Below, piece by piece: positions 36,708 to 47,275 of a DNA stretch of 64,000 nucleotides. The DNA is from Sphingomonadales bacterium. GTDB lineage: Bacteria > Pseudomonadota > Alphaproteobacteria > Sphingomonadales > Sphingomonadaceae. Position 1 is the stretch's first letter; each line of letters begins with the position of its first letter. The position numbers and the translations under genes were made by a program. The notes under the pieces were generated by a model. It saw nothing but the letters and a program-made list of their open reading frames with translations, was not told where the DNA came from and ran no database searches. The DNA is taken from NCBI GenBank assembly GCA_038228865.1, contig JBBROX010000001.1, positions 368,657-432,656 of the forward strand. The letters run 5' to 3'.

Positions 36708-38602
36708 TGTCCGCCTATCAGACCGACCAGCTCATCACAGAGGACATCCACGCCTATCTCGACGCGCACCAGCACAAGTCACTGTTACGCTTTATCACCT
36801 GTGGATCGGTCGACGACGGCAAGTCCACACTTATCGGGCGGCTGCTGTACGATTCGAAGATGATCTTTGAGGATCAGCTCGCTTCGCTTGAAGCCGACAG
36901 CAAGCGCGTCGGCACGCAGGGGCAGGAAATTGACTTCGCCCTCCTCGTGGACGGACTTGCCGCCGAGCGCGAGCAGGGCATTACCATCGATGTCGCTTAC
37001 CGGTTCTTTGCAACCGAAAAGCGCAAATTCATCGTCGCCGATTGTCCGGGGCACGAACAATATACGCGAAACATGGTGACGGGTGCGTCGACCGCCGACC
37101 TCGCCGTCATTTTGATCGACGCCCGCAAGGGTGTGCTGACCCAGACGCGGCGGCACAGCTATCTCGCGCAGTTGCTCGGCATCCGTCACGTCGTGCTGGC
37201 GGTGAACAAGATGGACCTGGTCGATTACGACCGGGCGGTGTTCGACCGGATTGCCCTGTCGTACCGGTCGTTTGCCAATGAGATCGGGATCACGCGGTTC
37301 ACGCCGATCCCCATTTCGGGGTTCAAGGGCGACAACATCACATCGCTATCCCCGAATACGCCCTGGTACACCGGACCGACGCTGATCGCGCATCTGGAGT
37401 CGGTCGAGATTGGTGACGATGCCGAGACGGCAAAGCCGTTCCGGATGCCCGTGCAGTGGGTCAACCGTCCCAACCTCGATTTCCGTGGGTTCGCCGGGTT
37501 GATTGCGGGCGGGACGGTTAAGCCGGGCGATCCGGTGCGCATCCTGCCTTCGGGCCGGACGACGACGGTGGCCCGCATCGTCACGCAGGATGACGATCTG
37601 ACCGAGGCGCGAGCAGGGCAGTCGGTGACGCTCACCTTGGCGGACGAGGTCGATTGTTCCCGTGGTGACGTCATCGCCGCCGCGGATGCACCGCCCGAAG
37701 TCGCCGATCAGTTCGAAGCGACGATCGTGTGGATGGCCGATGAACCGATGCTGGCGGGGCGGTCCTATTGGCTGAAGCTCGCGACGCAGACCGTGTCGGC
37801 CACGATCGCCGCCCCGAAGTATGAGATCAACGTCAACACGCTCGAACAGCTCGCTGCCAAGACGTTCGAGCTGAACGCGGTCGGTGTTGCGACACTCGCG
37901 ACCGACAAGCCGCTGGTGTTCGAAGCCTATGCCGACAGCAAGACACTCGGCGGGTTCATCCTGATCGACAAGATGACCAACGCGACGGTGGCGGCAGGGA
38001 TGCTCAATTTCGCCCTGCGCCGCGCGTCGAACATCCATCGTCAGGCGATGGACGTGACGCGCGAGCGGCGGGCCGATCTGAAGAACCAAAAGCCCGCCGT
38101 CCTCTGGTTCACCGGTCTGTCGGGGGCGGGGAAATCGACGATTGCCAATCTGGTCGATGCGAAGCTCGCGCGGATGAACCGGCACAGTTTCCTGCTTGAC
38201 GGCGACAATGTCCGCCACGGCCTCAACCGCGATCTGGGCTTCACCGATGCCGACCGTGTCGAGAACATCCGCCGCGTGGGCGAAGTCGCGCGCCTGATGA
38301 CCGATGCGGGGTTGATTGTCATTACCGCGTTCATCAGCCCGTTTCGCGCCGAACGCGAGATGGTGCGCGCAATGCTGCCCGACAGCGAGTTCATCGAAAT
38401 CCACATCGACACGACGCTGGACGAGGCGGAACGACGCGACGTGAAGGGGCTCTACAAAAAGGCGCGGGCCGGACAGTTGAAGAACTTCACGGGCATCGAC
38501 AGCCCTTACGAAGCACCGGAGAACCCCGAAATCCATATCGACACGACGGCGATGACGGCCGAAGCCGCAGCCGATCTGATCGTTGAGCGGCTGATCGGAT
38601 GA
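36707..38602 (+). CDS. cysNC: Bifunctional sulfate adenylyltransferase subunit 1 / APS kinase (CysN-CysC)
   Basis: GSVDDGKST, REQGITID, NKMD GTPase motifs; C-terminal WFTGLSGAGKST, LDGDNVR, TGIDSPYE. Confidence 0.97.
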   Translation: MSAYQTDQLITEDIHAYLDAHQHKSLLRFITCGSVDDGKSTLIGRLLYDSKMIFEDQLASLEADSKRVGTQGQEIDFALLVDGLAAEREQGITIDVAYRFFATEKRKFIVADCPGHEQYTRNMVTGASTADLAVILIDARKGVLTQTRRHSYLAQLLGIRHVVLAVNKMDLVDYDRAVFDRIALSYRSFANEIGITRFTPIPISGFKGDNITSLSPNTPWYTGPTLIAHLESVEIGDDAETAKPFRMPVQWVNRPNLDFRGFAGLIAGGTVKPGDPVRILPSGRTTTVARIVTQDDDLTEARAGQSVTLTLADEVDCSRGDVIAAADAPPEVADQFEATIVWMADEPMLAGRSYWLKLATQTVSATIAAPKYEINVNTLEQLAAKTFELNAVGVATLATDKPLVFEAYADSKTLGGFILIDKMTNATVAAGMLNFALRRASNIHRQAMDVTRERRADLKNQKPAVLWFTGLSGAGKSTIANLVDAKLARMNRHSFLLDGDNVRHGLNRDLGFTDADRVENIRRVGEVARLMTDAGLIVITAFISPFRAEREMVRAMLPDSEFIEIHIDTTLDEAERRDVKGLYKKARAGQLKNFTGIDSPYEAPENPEIHIDTTAMTAEAAADLIVERLIG

Positions 38603-39324
38603 CCGACGCCAAGCTCGCCCGCGACATTGCCGACAGGGCAGGGGCGCTGTTGCTCGGCCTCCGTTCCACGGCGACCGGCAAGGTGCTGGGCGACGATGGC
38701 GACCGCGAAGCCAACCGTTTGATCCTCGCCATGCTCGCCGAAGCGCGTCCGAACGATGCCGTGCTGTCCGAGGAGCGCCTGTGCGACGGCAGTCGCCTGG
38801 AAGCGAGACGTGTCTGGATCGTCGACCCGCTCGACGGCACCCGCGAATATGGCGAGGGACGCGACGACTGGGCGGTGCATATCGCGCTCGCCATCGACGG
38901 ACAGGCAATTGAGGGCGCGGTGGCGCTGCCGGCGCTCGGTGTGACACTCGGAACCGATAGCCCGCCGCCATTAGCGCCCTCCAACGCGCCGCTGCGGATG
39001 CTGGTCAGCCGCTCGCGACCGGCCGCCGAAGCGATCGCGGTTGCCGAAGCGCTCGGGGCCGAGCTGCTGCCGATGGGGTCGGCGGGTGCGAAGGCGATGG
39101 CCGTGGTGCGCGGCGAGGCCGACATCTACCTCCATTCGGGCGGCCAATATGAATGGGACAATTGCGCGCCGGTCGCCGTCGCGCAGGCGGCGGGGCTTCA
39201 TTGCTCGCGGATCAACGGGTCGGCGCTGACGTATAATCACGAGAATCCGTATCTGCCGGATTTGCTGATCTGTCGGGCGGAACTGGCGCAGGAAATCCTG
39301 CGTCTCGTCGCCGACATGGGTTAG
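38599..39324 (+). CDS. cysQ: 3'(2'),5'-bisphosphate nucleotidase
   Basis: LSEE, WIVDPLDGTREY, EWDNCAP; follows cysNC. Confidence 0.92.
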   Translation: MTDAKLARDIADRAGALLLGLRSTATGKVLGDDGDREANRLILAMLAEARPNDAVLSEERLCDGSRLEARRVWIVDPLDGTREYGEGRDDWAVHIALAIDGQAIEGAVALPALGVTLGTDSPPPLAPSNAPLRMLVSRSRPAAEAIAVAEALGAELLPMGSAGAKAMAVVRGEADIYLHSGGQYEWDNCAPVAVAQAAGLHCSRINGSALTYNHENPYLPDLLICRAELAQEILRLVADMG

Positions 39325-40526
39325 GGGTAGAGTAGATACTTCGCCCGCGCCTCGACCCATGCCGCTTCGTCGGGCAGGGTCAGCCCATCGAGATCGTCCG
39401 GCACTGCCGCAACATCATCCACCCATTCGCATAAAGCCGGACCGCCATTGATCACGTCGATCGCGAGCTTCCCGAACTCATACTCGTACGGAAAATCGCG
39501 CCACAGCGGATAGTCGGGATAGAGCCGCCGGATCGCCTTGAAGGCGAGCGCCTGCACCCGCCACGGCTTGAACGCGCTATGGTCGTATCCCGGCCCCTCG
39601 GCATGGATGTGGACGCCCGCACACAATTGGCCGACGTGCTTGTGGAAGGTCGGTTCGAACGAGCATTCGCGCAGGATGCACCCGGCCAGCCAGTGCGGCG
39701 CAAGCGACTGCATCTCGGCAATCACCGCGCGCGCATCGATGTCCGGCGCGCCGAACAGTTCGAGCGGGCGTGTCGTGCCGCGCCCTTCGGACAACGTGGT
39801 CCCCTCCAGCATCACCGTCCCGGCATAGGCGCGCGCCATGTTGAGGTTGGGCGCATTGGGGCTGGGGTTGATCCACACCCGCTCGGCCAGCGGCCAACCG
39901 AAACCCGGCCCCGCGTCCGGGTCATATCCGCCCATGCCGATCACGCGGTAATCGACGTCGAGGCCCAGCGTGTCGATGAACCAATGCCCGAGTTCGCCGA
40001 GCGTCATCCCGTGACGCATCGGCATCGGGCCTGCGCCGACGAAGCTCTCCCAGCCTGCACGCAGGGTCAGCCCCTCGACCGGGCGGCCTGCCGGATTGGG
40101 CCGGTCGAGCACCCACACCGATTTGCCGTGGGTCGCGGCGGCCTCCAGCACGTACCGCAAGGTCGTGATGAAGGTGTAGATGCGACAGCCGAGATCCTGC
40201 ATGTCGATCAGGATGGTGTCGAACGTCGCCATCGATTCGTCGGTGGGGCGGCGGACTTCGCCATATAGACTGAACACCGGAATGCCGTGGACGGGGTCGG
40301 TGAAGTCGGGCGACTCCATCATATTGTCCTGCTTGTCGCCGCGCAGGCCGTGCTGCGGGCCGAAAGCGGCGGTCAGCCGGATGTCGCCTGTCTGCGCCAG
40401 CGCATCGAGCGAATGCGTCAGATCGGCTGTGACCGACGCCGGGTGCGCGAGCAGGGCGACACGCTGTCCCTTCAGCGGCGCACGCAGTTCAGGGTCGGCG
40501 ATCAGCCGGTCGATACCGAAGTTCAT
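39321..40526 (-). CDS. DUF1343 family exo-beta-N-acetylmuramidase (NamZ-like)
   Basis: FGPQHGLRG, DMQDLGCRIYTF, VLDRPNP, HGMTLGEL, WINPSPN motifs. Confidence 0.88.
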   Translation of the reverse strand: MNFGIDRLIADPELRAPLKGQRVALLAHPASVTADLTHSLDALAQTGDIRLTAAFGPQHGLRGDKQDNMMESPDFTDPVHGIPVFSLYGEVRRPTDESMATFDTILIDMQDLGCRIYTFITTLRYVLEAAATHGKSVWVLDRPNPAGRPVEGLTLRAGWESFVGAGPMPMRHGMTLGELGHWFIDTLGLDVDYRVIGMGGYDPDAGPGFGWPLAERVWINPSPNAPNLNMARAYAGTVMLEGTTLSEGRGTTRPLELFGAPDIDARAVIAEMQSLAPHWLAGCILRECSFEPTFHKHVGQLCAGVHIHAEGPGYDHSAFKPWRVQALAFKAIRRLYPDYPLWRDFPYEYEFGKLAIDVINGGPALCEWVDDVAAVPDDLDGLTLPDEAAWVEARAKYLLYP

Positions 40527-41095
40527 GAGTGGTCCGTTGCTGCGAGTTCCAGCGCGAAGCAATCGCGATGGTGAAAATCAGGATTACCAGGCGGATGTGC
40601 CAGTGCCCAATAGGACAGCGTGCCGTCATCCGCCTCGATCACGGCCGAAAGTCCGAAGCGCAGGGTAAACATTGGCGGCACCCATGACGGGTCGAGCCGT
40701 ACGTCCATCGTGAACCGGTCGCCGTCGCGCGTGGTGACAATGCGGGGCGGAGCACCGACGTTGGCCAGGACCATGTCGGTGCGGTAGGCACCAAAACCAT
40801 AGGCGGCCCATTCGCCCGACGGCGAAAAATTGGCCTCGTAATAGCCGGGGGTGTCGTCGGCGAGCATGAACGACTCGAAACAGGTCGTTCGCCACAAGCT
40901 GTCGCGGCGCAGCGGTGGCGCGGGCTTCGCGAGGCGAATTCGGTCCAACGCACCCGTCACGCTATACCGAATATGCAGGGCGTCATCGGGGGTGCGGGCA
41001 CCCTCGACCATGATCCGCTCGATGGCCGATTGCCGGAAACGCGGGTGCGCGCGCAGCGCGACCGGCGCGACCGTCAGCTGCTGCCCGGCTATCAT
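40523..41095 (-). CDS. DOMON-like domain protein
   Basis: LWRTTCFE.F, Y.EANFSPSG.WAAY.F, LSAVIE, YWALAHP..NPDFH, typical of the DOMON-like family. Confidence 0.75.
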   Translation of the reverse strand: MIAGQQLTVAPVALRAHPRFRQSAIERIMVEGARTPDDALHIRYSVTGALDRIRLAKPAPPLRRDSLWRTTCFESFMLADDTPGYYEANFSPSGEWAAYGFGAYRTDMVLANVGAPPRIVTTRDGDRFTMDVRLDPSWVPPMFTLRFGLSAVIEADDGTLSYWALAHPPGNPDFHHRDCFALELAATDHS

Positions 41096-43029
41096 ACCAT
41101 TGGCTCGAGCCGGACAAGCACTGTCCCTTCGCTGACCTGTCCGCCGGTTTCGGCATTGAGTTCGGCCACGGTCCCGTCGAACGGCGCGGTCAGCGAATGC
41201 TCCATCTTCATGGCCTCCAGCGTGACAAGCTTCTGCCCTTTGGTCACGGTGTCGCCTGCGGCCACATCGACCGCGTTGATACGGCCGGGCATGGGGGAGA
41301 GGATGGTGCCGGAGGAGGCCGAAGAGGTACCGGCACCATATGACCGATTGGTCAACATCAGCTGGTGAGCGCGCCCGTCGGAAAAGATCAGCGCGCTGTC
41401 GCCAAGGTTCTCAATCCCCTGCACCTGAAACTCGAATTCGGGCCGAAGCTGGTTTTGCCCGATCTCGTAGAATTGCTGAGTGCCATCGAGCACAGTGCGC
41501 TGACCGTCGATCCAGACGACGCGACTGGAGATGGGCCGGGCATTCACCCTGAAGCCTTGCGGTCCTTCGTGCGAAGGCGAAGCGAAATCCAGCCACAATC
41601 CCGCCTTGTATTCGAGATCGGCGCTAACCGGCGTTTGCGCGATCAGCCTGTAGGCATGTTCGCCGATGTAACCGGTGCTGACGCCGCCCTCCATGAACTC
41701 ATCGTCACGGCAAAGGACGGCCAGAAAGCTGGCGTTGGTCTTCACGGGCCAGATACGAACTTCGCCACAAGCCACACTCAGCAGGCCGAGCGCATCGTCA
41801 CGGGTTTTGTCCACGGCAATGATCTTTGCGATCATTGGATCGTAAAATGGCGAGATCGCATCGCCTTCTTCTACACCAGTGTCGATTCGTGCTTTGCGCC
41901 CTCCACCGAACCGGGTTTCCTGATCGCCGGTGTAAATCTGCATTCTTTCCAGCTTGCCGGTCGATGGCAGGAAGCCACTTGCCGGGTCTTCGGCATAGAG
42001 CCGCGCTTCGACCGCATGCCCCTTTATGCGCAGCTGCGATTGCTTCTTTGGCAGTTTCTCGCCGCTTGCCACCCGCAACTGCCATTCGACCAGATCGACA
42101 CCGGTGATTTCCTCCGTCACCGGATGCTCGACCTGCAGCCGGGTGTTCATTTCCATGAACCAGATGCGGTCGGCGCGCAGGCCCTCCGACGCGTCGGCGA
42201 TGAACTCGATCGTGCCCGCGCCGACGTAGTTGACCGCCTTCGCCGCCTTCACCGCCGCCGCGCAGAGCTGTTCGCGGGTCGTCGCATCCATGCCGGGGGC
42301 GGGGGCTTCCTCGATCACTTTCTGGTGGCGGCGTTGCAGGCTGCAATCGCGTTCGAACAGGTGGACGATGTTGCCGTGGGTGTCGCCGAACACCTGCACC
42401 TCGATATGGCGCGGGCGCTGGATGTATTTCTCGATCAGGACGTGGGCGTTGCCGAATGAGGCTGTTGCCTCGCGCTGGCAGGAGGCGAGGGCATCGGCAA
42501 AGTCCGCCGCCGCCTCGACCTTTCGCATCCCCTTGCCGCCGCCGCCCGCGACCGCCTTGATGAGGACGGGGTAGCCGATCTGCGCGGCTTGGTCGGCAAG
42601 GAAAGCGGGGTCCTGGTTCTTGCCCATATAACCCGGCGTCACCGGCACGCCCGCCGCCGCCATCAGCGTCTTGGCCGCATCTTTAAGGCCCATCGCGGTG
42701 ATGCTGGCGGGCCGCGGCCCGACCCAGATCAACCCCGCGTCGATGACGGCCTGTGCGAACTCGGCGTTCTCGGACAGGAAGCCATAGCCGGGATGGATGG
42801 CCTCCGCACCGGTGGCCTTGGCAGCGGCAATGATCTTCTCGCCCACCAGATAGCTCTCGCGCGCTGGCGACGGCCCGATATGCACCGCTTCATCCGCCTG
42901 CCGCACATGCAGCGCCCTGGCATCGGCGTCCGAATAAACGGCGACCGTGCGGATACCCATCTGGCGCGCAGTGCGGATGATCCGGCAAGCGATCTCGCCC
43001 CGGTTGGCGATGAGCAGCGATTCGATCAT
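41092..43029 (-). CDS. liuD: 3-methylcrotonyl-CoA carboxylase alpha subunit (biotin carboxylase + biotin carrier)
   Basis: ANRGEIA, HPGYGFLSEN, ERDCSLQRRHQK, EMNTRLQVEH, EAMKME; in the ivd-mccB operon. Confidence 0.88.
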   Translation of the reverse strand: MIESLLIANRGEIACRIIRTARQMGIRTVAVYSDADARALHVRQADEAVHIGPSPARESYLVGEKIIAAAKATGAEAIHPGYGFLSENAEFAQAVIDAGLIWVGPRPASITAMGLKDAAKTLMAAAGVPVTPGYMGKNQDPAFLADQAAQIGYPVLIKAVAGGGGKGMRKVEAAADFADALASCQREATASFGNAHVLIEKYIQRPRHIEVQVFGDTHGNIVHLFERDCSLQRRHQKVIEEAPAPGMDATTREQLCAAAVKAAKAVNYVGAGTIEFIADASEGLRADRIWFMEMNTRLQVEHPVTEEITGVDLVEWQLRVASGEKLPKKQSQLRIKGHAVEARLYAEDPASGFLPSTGKLERMQIYTGDQETRFGGGRKARIDTGVEEGDAISPFYDPMIAKIIAVDKTRDDALGLLSVACGEVRIWPVKTNASFLAVLCRDDEFMEGGVSTGYIGEHAYRLIAQTPVSADLEYKAGLWLDFASPSHEGPQGFRVNARPISSRVVWIDGQRTVLDGTQQFYEIGQNQLRPEFEFQVQGIENLGDSALIFSDGRAHQLMLTNRSYGAGTSSASSGTILSPMPGRINAVDVAAGDTVTKGQKLVTLEAMKMEHSLTAPFDGTVAELNAETGGQVSEGTVLVRLEPMV

Positions 43030-43214
43030 CGGACGGGCTCGGGGCTGAAGCGCAAAAACGGGCGGAAGTTCACACTACGTCCCCCCTTAGTCTGTGAACT
43101 TTCGCGGCGGAGCGGGACGGATCGAGTGGCGAACGTGGCGAGCCTGGCGCGAGTCATAGCTGGCACGATGCACATCCGGCGACTTGTAGGACAGCAGGAA
43201 TATTCAGAGTCATG

Positions 43215-43700
43215 TCAGTTGCCGCAGTCCGTAATGCGCGAAGAAAAGCTGAGGTTCATGACCTTCCAGACACCATTTTCGCGGATCAGGTCGAAGTGGT
43301 CGAAACCGCAGTTGTTGACCTTGCCCTGCCTCCGGACAACGAACCGTACCCACACCATCGCGACATCGCCGTCGATCTCGATGGCGGGGTCGGTAATGCG
43401 CTCCTCGAACGATCCCTCCGGCGTGATACGCTTGGCGAACTCGGCCCAGCTTTGGGACCGGATGCTGCCGACGCCGGGAGCGCGGATGCCCGTCGCCGTG
43501 ACGCGTCCGTCGGGATAAACATGCATGAGCATCGCCGCCGCATCGCCGACCGCAATGGCCGCAAAAATCGCGTTGATCGGGGCCATGACCGCCGTCGTGT
43601 CGGCTTCCTCGAAAGGAACCGGGTTGGCGGGCGGCAGCTTTTGGGCGGTGGCTCCCGCAGAAGCGAGCAGCGCTAGCGCAAGAAGCGAGGATTTCCTCAC
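43215..43700 (-). CDS. Exported NTF2-like protein
   Basis: GTG at 43700 overlapping the mccB stop; signal peptide; [17 protein letters not shown]....G.WKV. Confidence 0.7.
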   Translation of the reverse strand: MRKSSLLALALLASAGATAQKLPPANPVPFEEADTTAVMAPINAIFAAIAVGDAAAMLMHVYPDGRVTATGIRAPGVGSIRSQSWAEFAKRITPEGSFEERITDPAIEIDGDVAMVWVRFVVRRQGKVNNCGFDHFDLIRENGVWKVMNLSFSSRITDCGN

Positions 43701-45298
43701 ATCCGGAACACCCCGAACCGGGGCGCCTCCTCGACCGGCGCGTTCAAACACGCAGCGAATGCCAGCCCCAGCACGTCCCGCGTCTGCGCCGGGTCAATGA
43801 TCCCGTCGTCCCAAAGCCGCGCGGTCGCGTGATAGGGGTTGCCTTCGTCTTCGTATTTCTGGCGGATCGGGGCTTTGAAGGCTTCGGCTTCTTCTGGCGT
43901 CCAGTTGTCCGCGTCGCGGTGGACGGTCGCCAGCACGCTTGCCGCCTGTTCGCCGCCCATCACGCTGATCCGCGCATTGGGCCAGGTGAACAGGAAGCGC
44001 GGCGAATACGCCCGTCCGCACATGCCGTAATTGCCCGCGCCGAAGCTGCCGCCGATCAATACAGTGATCTTGGGCACACTGGCGGTGGCGACCGCCGTCA
44101 CCAGTTTCGCGCCGTGCTTGGCAATGCCCTCCGCCTCATACTTCCCGCCGACCATGAACCCCGAGATATTCTGGAGGAACAACAGGGGTATCCGCCGCTG
44201 GCAAGCGAGTTCGATGAAGTGTGCGCCCTTTTGTGCGCTCTCGCTGAACAGCACGCCGTTGTTGGCGAGGATCGCGACCGGCGTGCCCCAGATATGCGCG
44301 AAGCCGCAGACGAGCGTGGTTCCGTAGAGCGATTTGAATTCGTGAAATTCGCTGCCGTCGACGATGCGCGCGATGACTTCATGCACGTCGTACGGCGCGC
44401 GGACGTCGTCGGGGATGATGCCGTAGAGCTCTTCGGTGTCGAATTTGGGCGGGCGCGGCTCGGCCATGTTGATGTCGGGCTTGCGTGGCGGGGCAAGCGT
44501 CGAGACGATGTCGCGGACGATGGTCAGCGCGTGTTCGTCGTTCTCGGCAACATGATCGACCACGCCCGATTTGCGGCCGTGCGTGTCCGCGCCGCCCAGT
44601 TCCTCCGCCGTGATGACTTCGCCCGTCGCGGCCTTCACCAGCGGCGGGCCGGCGAGGAAGATCGTCCCCTGTCCGCGCACGATGACGGTCTCGTCGGACA
44701 TGGCGGGGACATACGCGCCGCCCGCGGTGCAGCTTCCCATGACACAGGCGATCTGCGGGATGCCCTTGGCGCTCATATTTGCCTGATTGAAGAAGATGCG
44801 CCCGAAATGGTCGCGGTCGGGGAACACCTCGGCCTGATGCGGCAGGTTCGCGCCGCCGCTGTCGACCAGATAGATGCACGGCAGGTGGTTCTCGGTCGCG
44901 ATCTCCTGCGCGCGCAGGTGTTTCTTGACCGTCATGGGGTAATAGGTGCCGCCCTTTACCGTCGCATCATTGGCGACGATCATGCACTGGCGACCGGAAA
45001 CGCGTCCGATGCCCGCGATGACGCCCGCGCCGGGGACTTCGCCGTCGTACAGGTCGTTCGCGGCAAGCTGGCCGATCTCCAGAAACGGGCTACCCGGATC
45101 GAGCAGCCGTTCGACGCGCTCGCGCGGCAAAAGCTTTCCGCGCGACGTATGCCGCTCACGCGATTTTTCGTTGCCGCCAAGTGCCGCATGCGACACCTTC
45201 GCCCAGAGTTCGTCGCGCAGGGCCCGGTTGTGGGCCGCGTTGGTACGGAATGCGTCGCTGTCTGGGTTCAGCGCAGTCGTCAGAACAGGGGCACTCAT
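43697..45298 (-). CDS. liuB: 3-methylcrotonyl-CoA carboxylase beta subunit (carboxyltransferase)
   Basis: [49 protein letters not shown]. Confidence 0.93.
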   Translation of the reverse strand: MSAPVLTTALNPDSDAFRTNAAHNRALRDELWAKVSHAALGGNEKSRERHTSRGKLLPRERVERLLDPGSPFLEIGQLAANDLYDGEVPGAGVIAGIGRVSGRQCMIVANDATVKGGTYYPMTVKKHLRAQEIATENHLPCIYLVDSGGANLPHQAEVFPDRDHFGRIFFNQANMSAKGIPQIACVMGSCTAGGAYVPAMSDETVIVRGQGTIFLAGPPLVKAATGEVITAEELGGADTHGRKSGVVDHVAENDEHALTIVRDIVSTLAPPRKPDINMAEPRPPKFDTEELYGIIPDDVRAPYDVHEVIARIVDGSEFHEFKSLYGTTLVCGFAHIWGTPVAILANNGVLFSESAQKGAHFIELACQRRIPLLFLQNISGFMVGGKYEAEGIAKHGAKLVTAVATASVPKITVLIGGSFGAGNYGMCGRAYSPRFLFTWPNARISVMGGEQAASVLATVHRDADNWTPEEAEAFKAPIRQKYEDEGNPYHATARLWDDGIIDPAQTRDVLGLAFAACLNAPVEEAPRFGVFRM

Positions 45299-45759
45299 CA
45301 ACCGACCTCGAACAAATGATAGACAGGACCGCCACGCGTCTGTTCGCCGATCCCCACGACAATCGCATCCTCCAGCCAACGATACCGATCGTCGCCGCAT
45401 TCGAAGGTCGCCAACGTGCGCAGCCGATATTCGCCGGGGGAGAGGACGTCGCCACGACGAAAGCGTTTCAGCATCTCGGCCGAACCCAGGAAACTCCCCG
45501 TATAGGCAAGATAGATCGTCGCACCATCATCCGTGGTCAGCGTCAGCCGGACATCAAGCGCCATGGTGCCGTCTGCCCGCGTGACCACCCAATCGTGGCC
45601 GCCGACAACCGTGCCGTTCAGGCGTTCGCCCTCGAACCTGCCGCCGGTTACCGAGGCGATGCCACGATGTCCCGCCCGCGTTGCGCCGATCGGCACCACA
45701 CCCCCGAAATCGACGGCAAGGCTCAGGGTAGTCAGGTGACGATACGGCAACCTCTCCAT
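45298..45759 (-). CDS. DUF3237 family protein
   Basis: [41 protein letters not shown]. Confidence 0.82.
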   Translation of the reverse strand: MERLPYRHLTTLSLAVDFGGVVPIGATRAGHRGIASVTGGRFEGERLNGTVVGGHDWVVTRADGTMALDVRLTLTTDDGATIYLAYTGSFLGSAEMLKRFRRGDVLSPGEYRLRTLATFECGDDRYRWLEDAIVVGIGEQTRGGPVYHLFEVG

Positions 45760-45799
45760 GGTGTAAGCGCTAGCATGACGACCGGTTCAGGCAAACGCG

Positions 45800-46057
45800 T
45801 TAAGCCGCTTTCTTGCGGATCAGGTAGCGGTAAACGCCGATCAGGTTGATCAACAGCAGGATAACATTCTGCCAACCGATCCCTTCGCTGTCCTCTTGCA
45901 GGAACCCCCACGCGATCAGCGCGGCCGACGAGGCGACGAAGAGGACGAATGCCCATCCGGTCGGTTTGCGCCCCAGATCGAGCGAGACGACGAGGGCGGC
46001 GATCACGCCTGCCGCGGCTCCATAATATTGCACCGCGGTCAGGAGGGTCTCGTTCAT
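45800..46057 (-). CDS. Small membrane protein of unknown function
   Basis: 85 aa with three hydrophobic helices; 4-bp overlap with ivd. Confidence 0.7.
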   Translation of the reverse strand: MNETLLTAVQYYGAAAGVIAALVVSLDLGRKPTGWAFVLFVASSAALIAWGFLQEDSEGIGWQNVILLLINLIGVYRYLIRKKAA

Positions 46058-47202
46058 CCGCCGATTAACTCGCGACCGATCAAAAATCTCCGTATCTCAT
46101 TAGTGCCCGCACCAATATCGTACAATTTGGCATCCCGCAGGAAGCGTTCGACCGGCCATTCCTTGGTATAGCCCGCGCCGCCGAGCGCCTGAATGGCCTC
46201 TAGTGCGCACTTCACGGCGTTCTCGCTTGCCAGCAGGATCGCGCCCGCCGCGTCGAAGCGCGTCGTGTGGCCGGCGTCGCAATTGCGCGCGACGGCGTAG
46301 ACATAGGCGCGAGCGGAGTTGAGCGCGACATACATATCAGCGACCTTGGCCTGGATCAGCTGGAACTGGCCGATGGACTTGCCGAACTGTTTGCGCTCGC
46401 GGACATAGGGAATGACCACGTCGAGGCAGGCCTGCATGATGCCGAGCGGTCCCGCCGCAAGCACGGCGCGCTCGTAATCGAGGCCCGACATCAGCACGCC
46501 GACGCCGCCGTTCATCGGCCCCATCACGTTTTCGGCCGGAACTTCGCAATCCTCGAACACCAGTTCGGCCGTATCGCTGCCGCGCATGCCCATCTTGTCG
46601 AGTTTCTTCGACACGCTGAACCCGGCCATGCCTTTCTCGATCAGGAAAGCGGTGATGCCGCCCGAACCCTCGCCGGTCTTTGCATAAACGACGAGCGTGT
46701 CGGCGCTGGGGGCGTTGGTGATCCAGAATTTCGTGCCGTTGAGGCGGTAGCGGTCGTTACCGACGGCTTCGGCTTTCAGTTTCATCGATACGACGTCTGA
46801 CCCTGAACCTGCCTCCGACATCGCCAGGCTGCCGACATGTTCACCGCTGATCAGCTTGGCCAGGTACTTTGCCTTTTGCTCTGGCGAGCCCCAGCGCCGG
46901 ATCTGGTTCACGCACAGGTTTGAATGCGCGCCGTAGCTCAGGCCGATGCTGGCCGACGCGCGCGATACTTCCTCCATCGCGACGACATGATCGAGGTAGC
47001 CGAGACCCAGACCGCCCCATTCCTCTTCCACCGTAATCCCATGCAGCCCCAGCGCGCCCATTTCGGGCCACAGCTCGCGCGGAAATTTATTCTCTTCGTC
47101 GGTCGCTGCCGCAATTGGCGCGATGCGGTCGGTCGCGAAGCGGCGGGTCGTCTCGCGGATCATGTCGGCGGTCTCGCCCAGCGCAAAGTCGAAGTCGGCC
47201 AT
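46054..47202 (-). CDS. ivd: Isovaleryl-CoA dehydrogenase
   Basis: [53 protein letters not shown]. Confidence 0.95.
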   Translation of the reverse strand: MADFDFALGETADMIRETTRRFATDRIAPIAAATDEENKFPRELWPEMGALGLHGITVEEEWGGLGLGYLDHVVAMEEVSRASASIGLSYGAHSNLCVNQIRRWGSPEQKAKYLAKLISGEHVGSLAMSEAGSGSDVVSMKLKAEAVGNDRYRLNGTKFWITNAPSADTLVVYAKTGEGSGGITAFLIEKGMAGFSVSKKLDKMGMRGSDTAELVFEDCEVPAENVMGPMNGGVGVLMSGLDYERAVLAAGPLGIMQACLDVVIPYVRERKQFGKSIGQFQLIQAKVADMYVALNSARAYVYAVARNCDAGHTTRFDAAGAILLASENAVKCALEAIQALGGAGYTKEWPVERFLRDAKLYDIGAGTNEIRRFLIGRELIGG

Positions 47203-47275
47203 ATGCCCTCTCAAAAGCATCAGCGGTTTCTTGCCGCCGATTGAACGTGGATGCGACAGGCAATACAGCCGCCCC

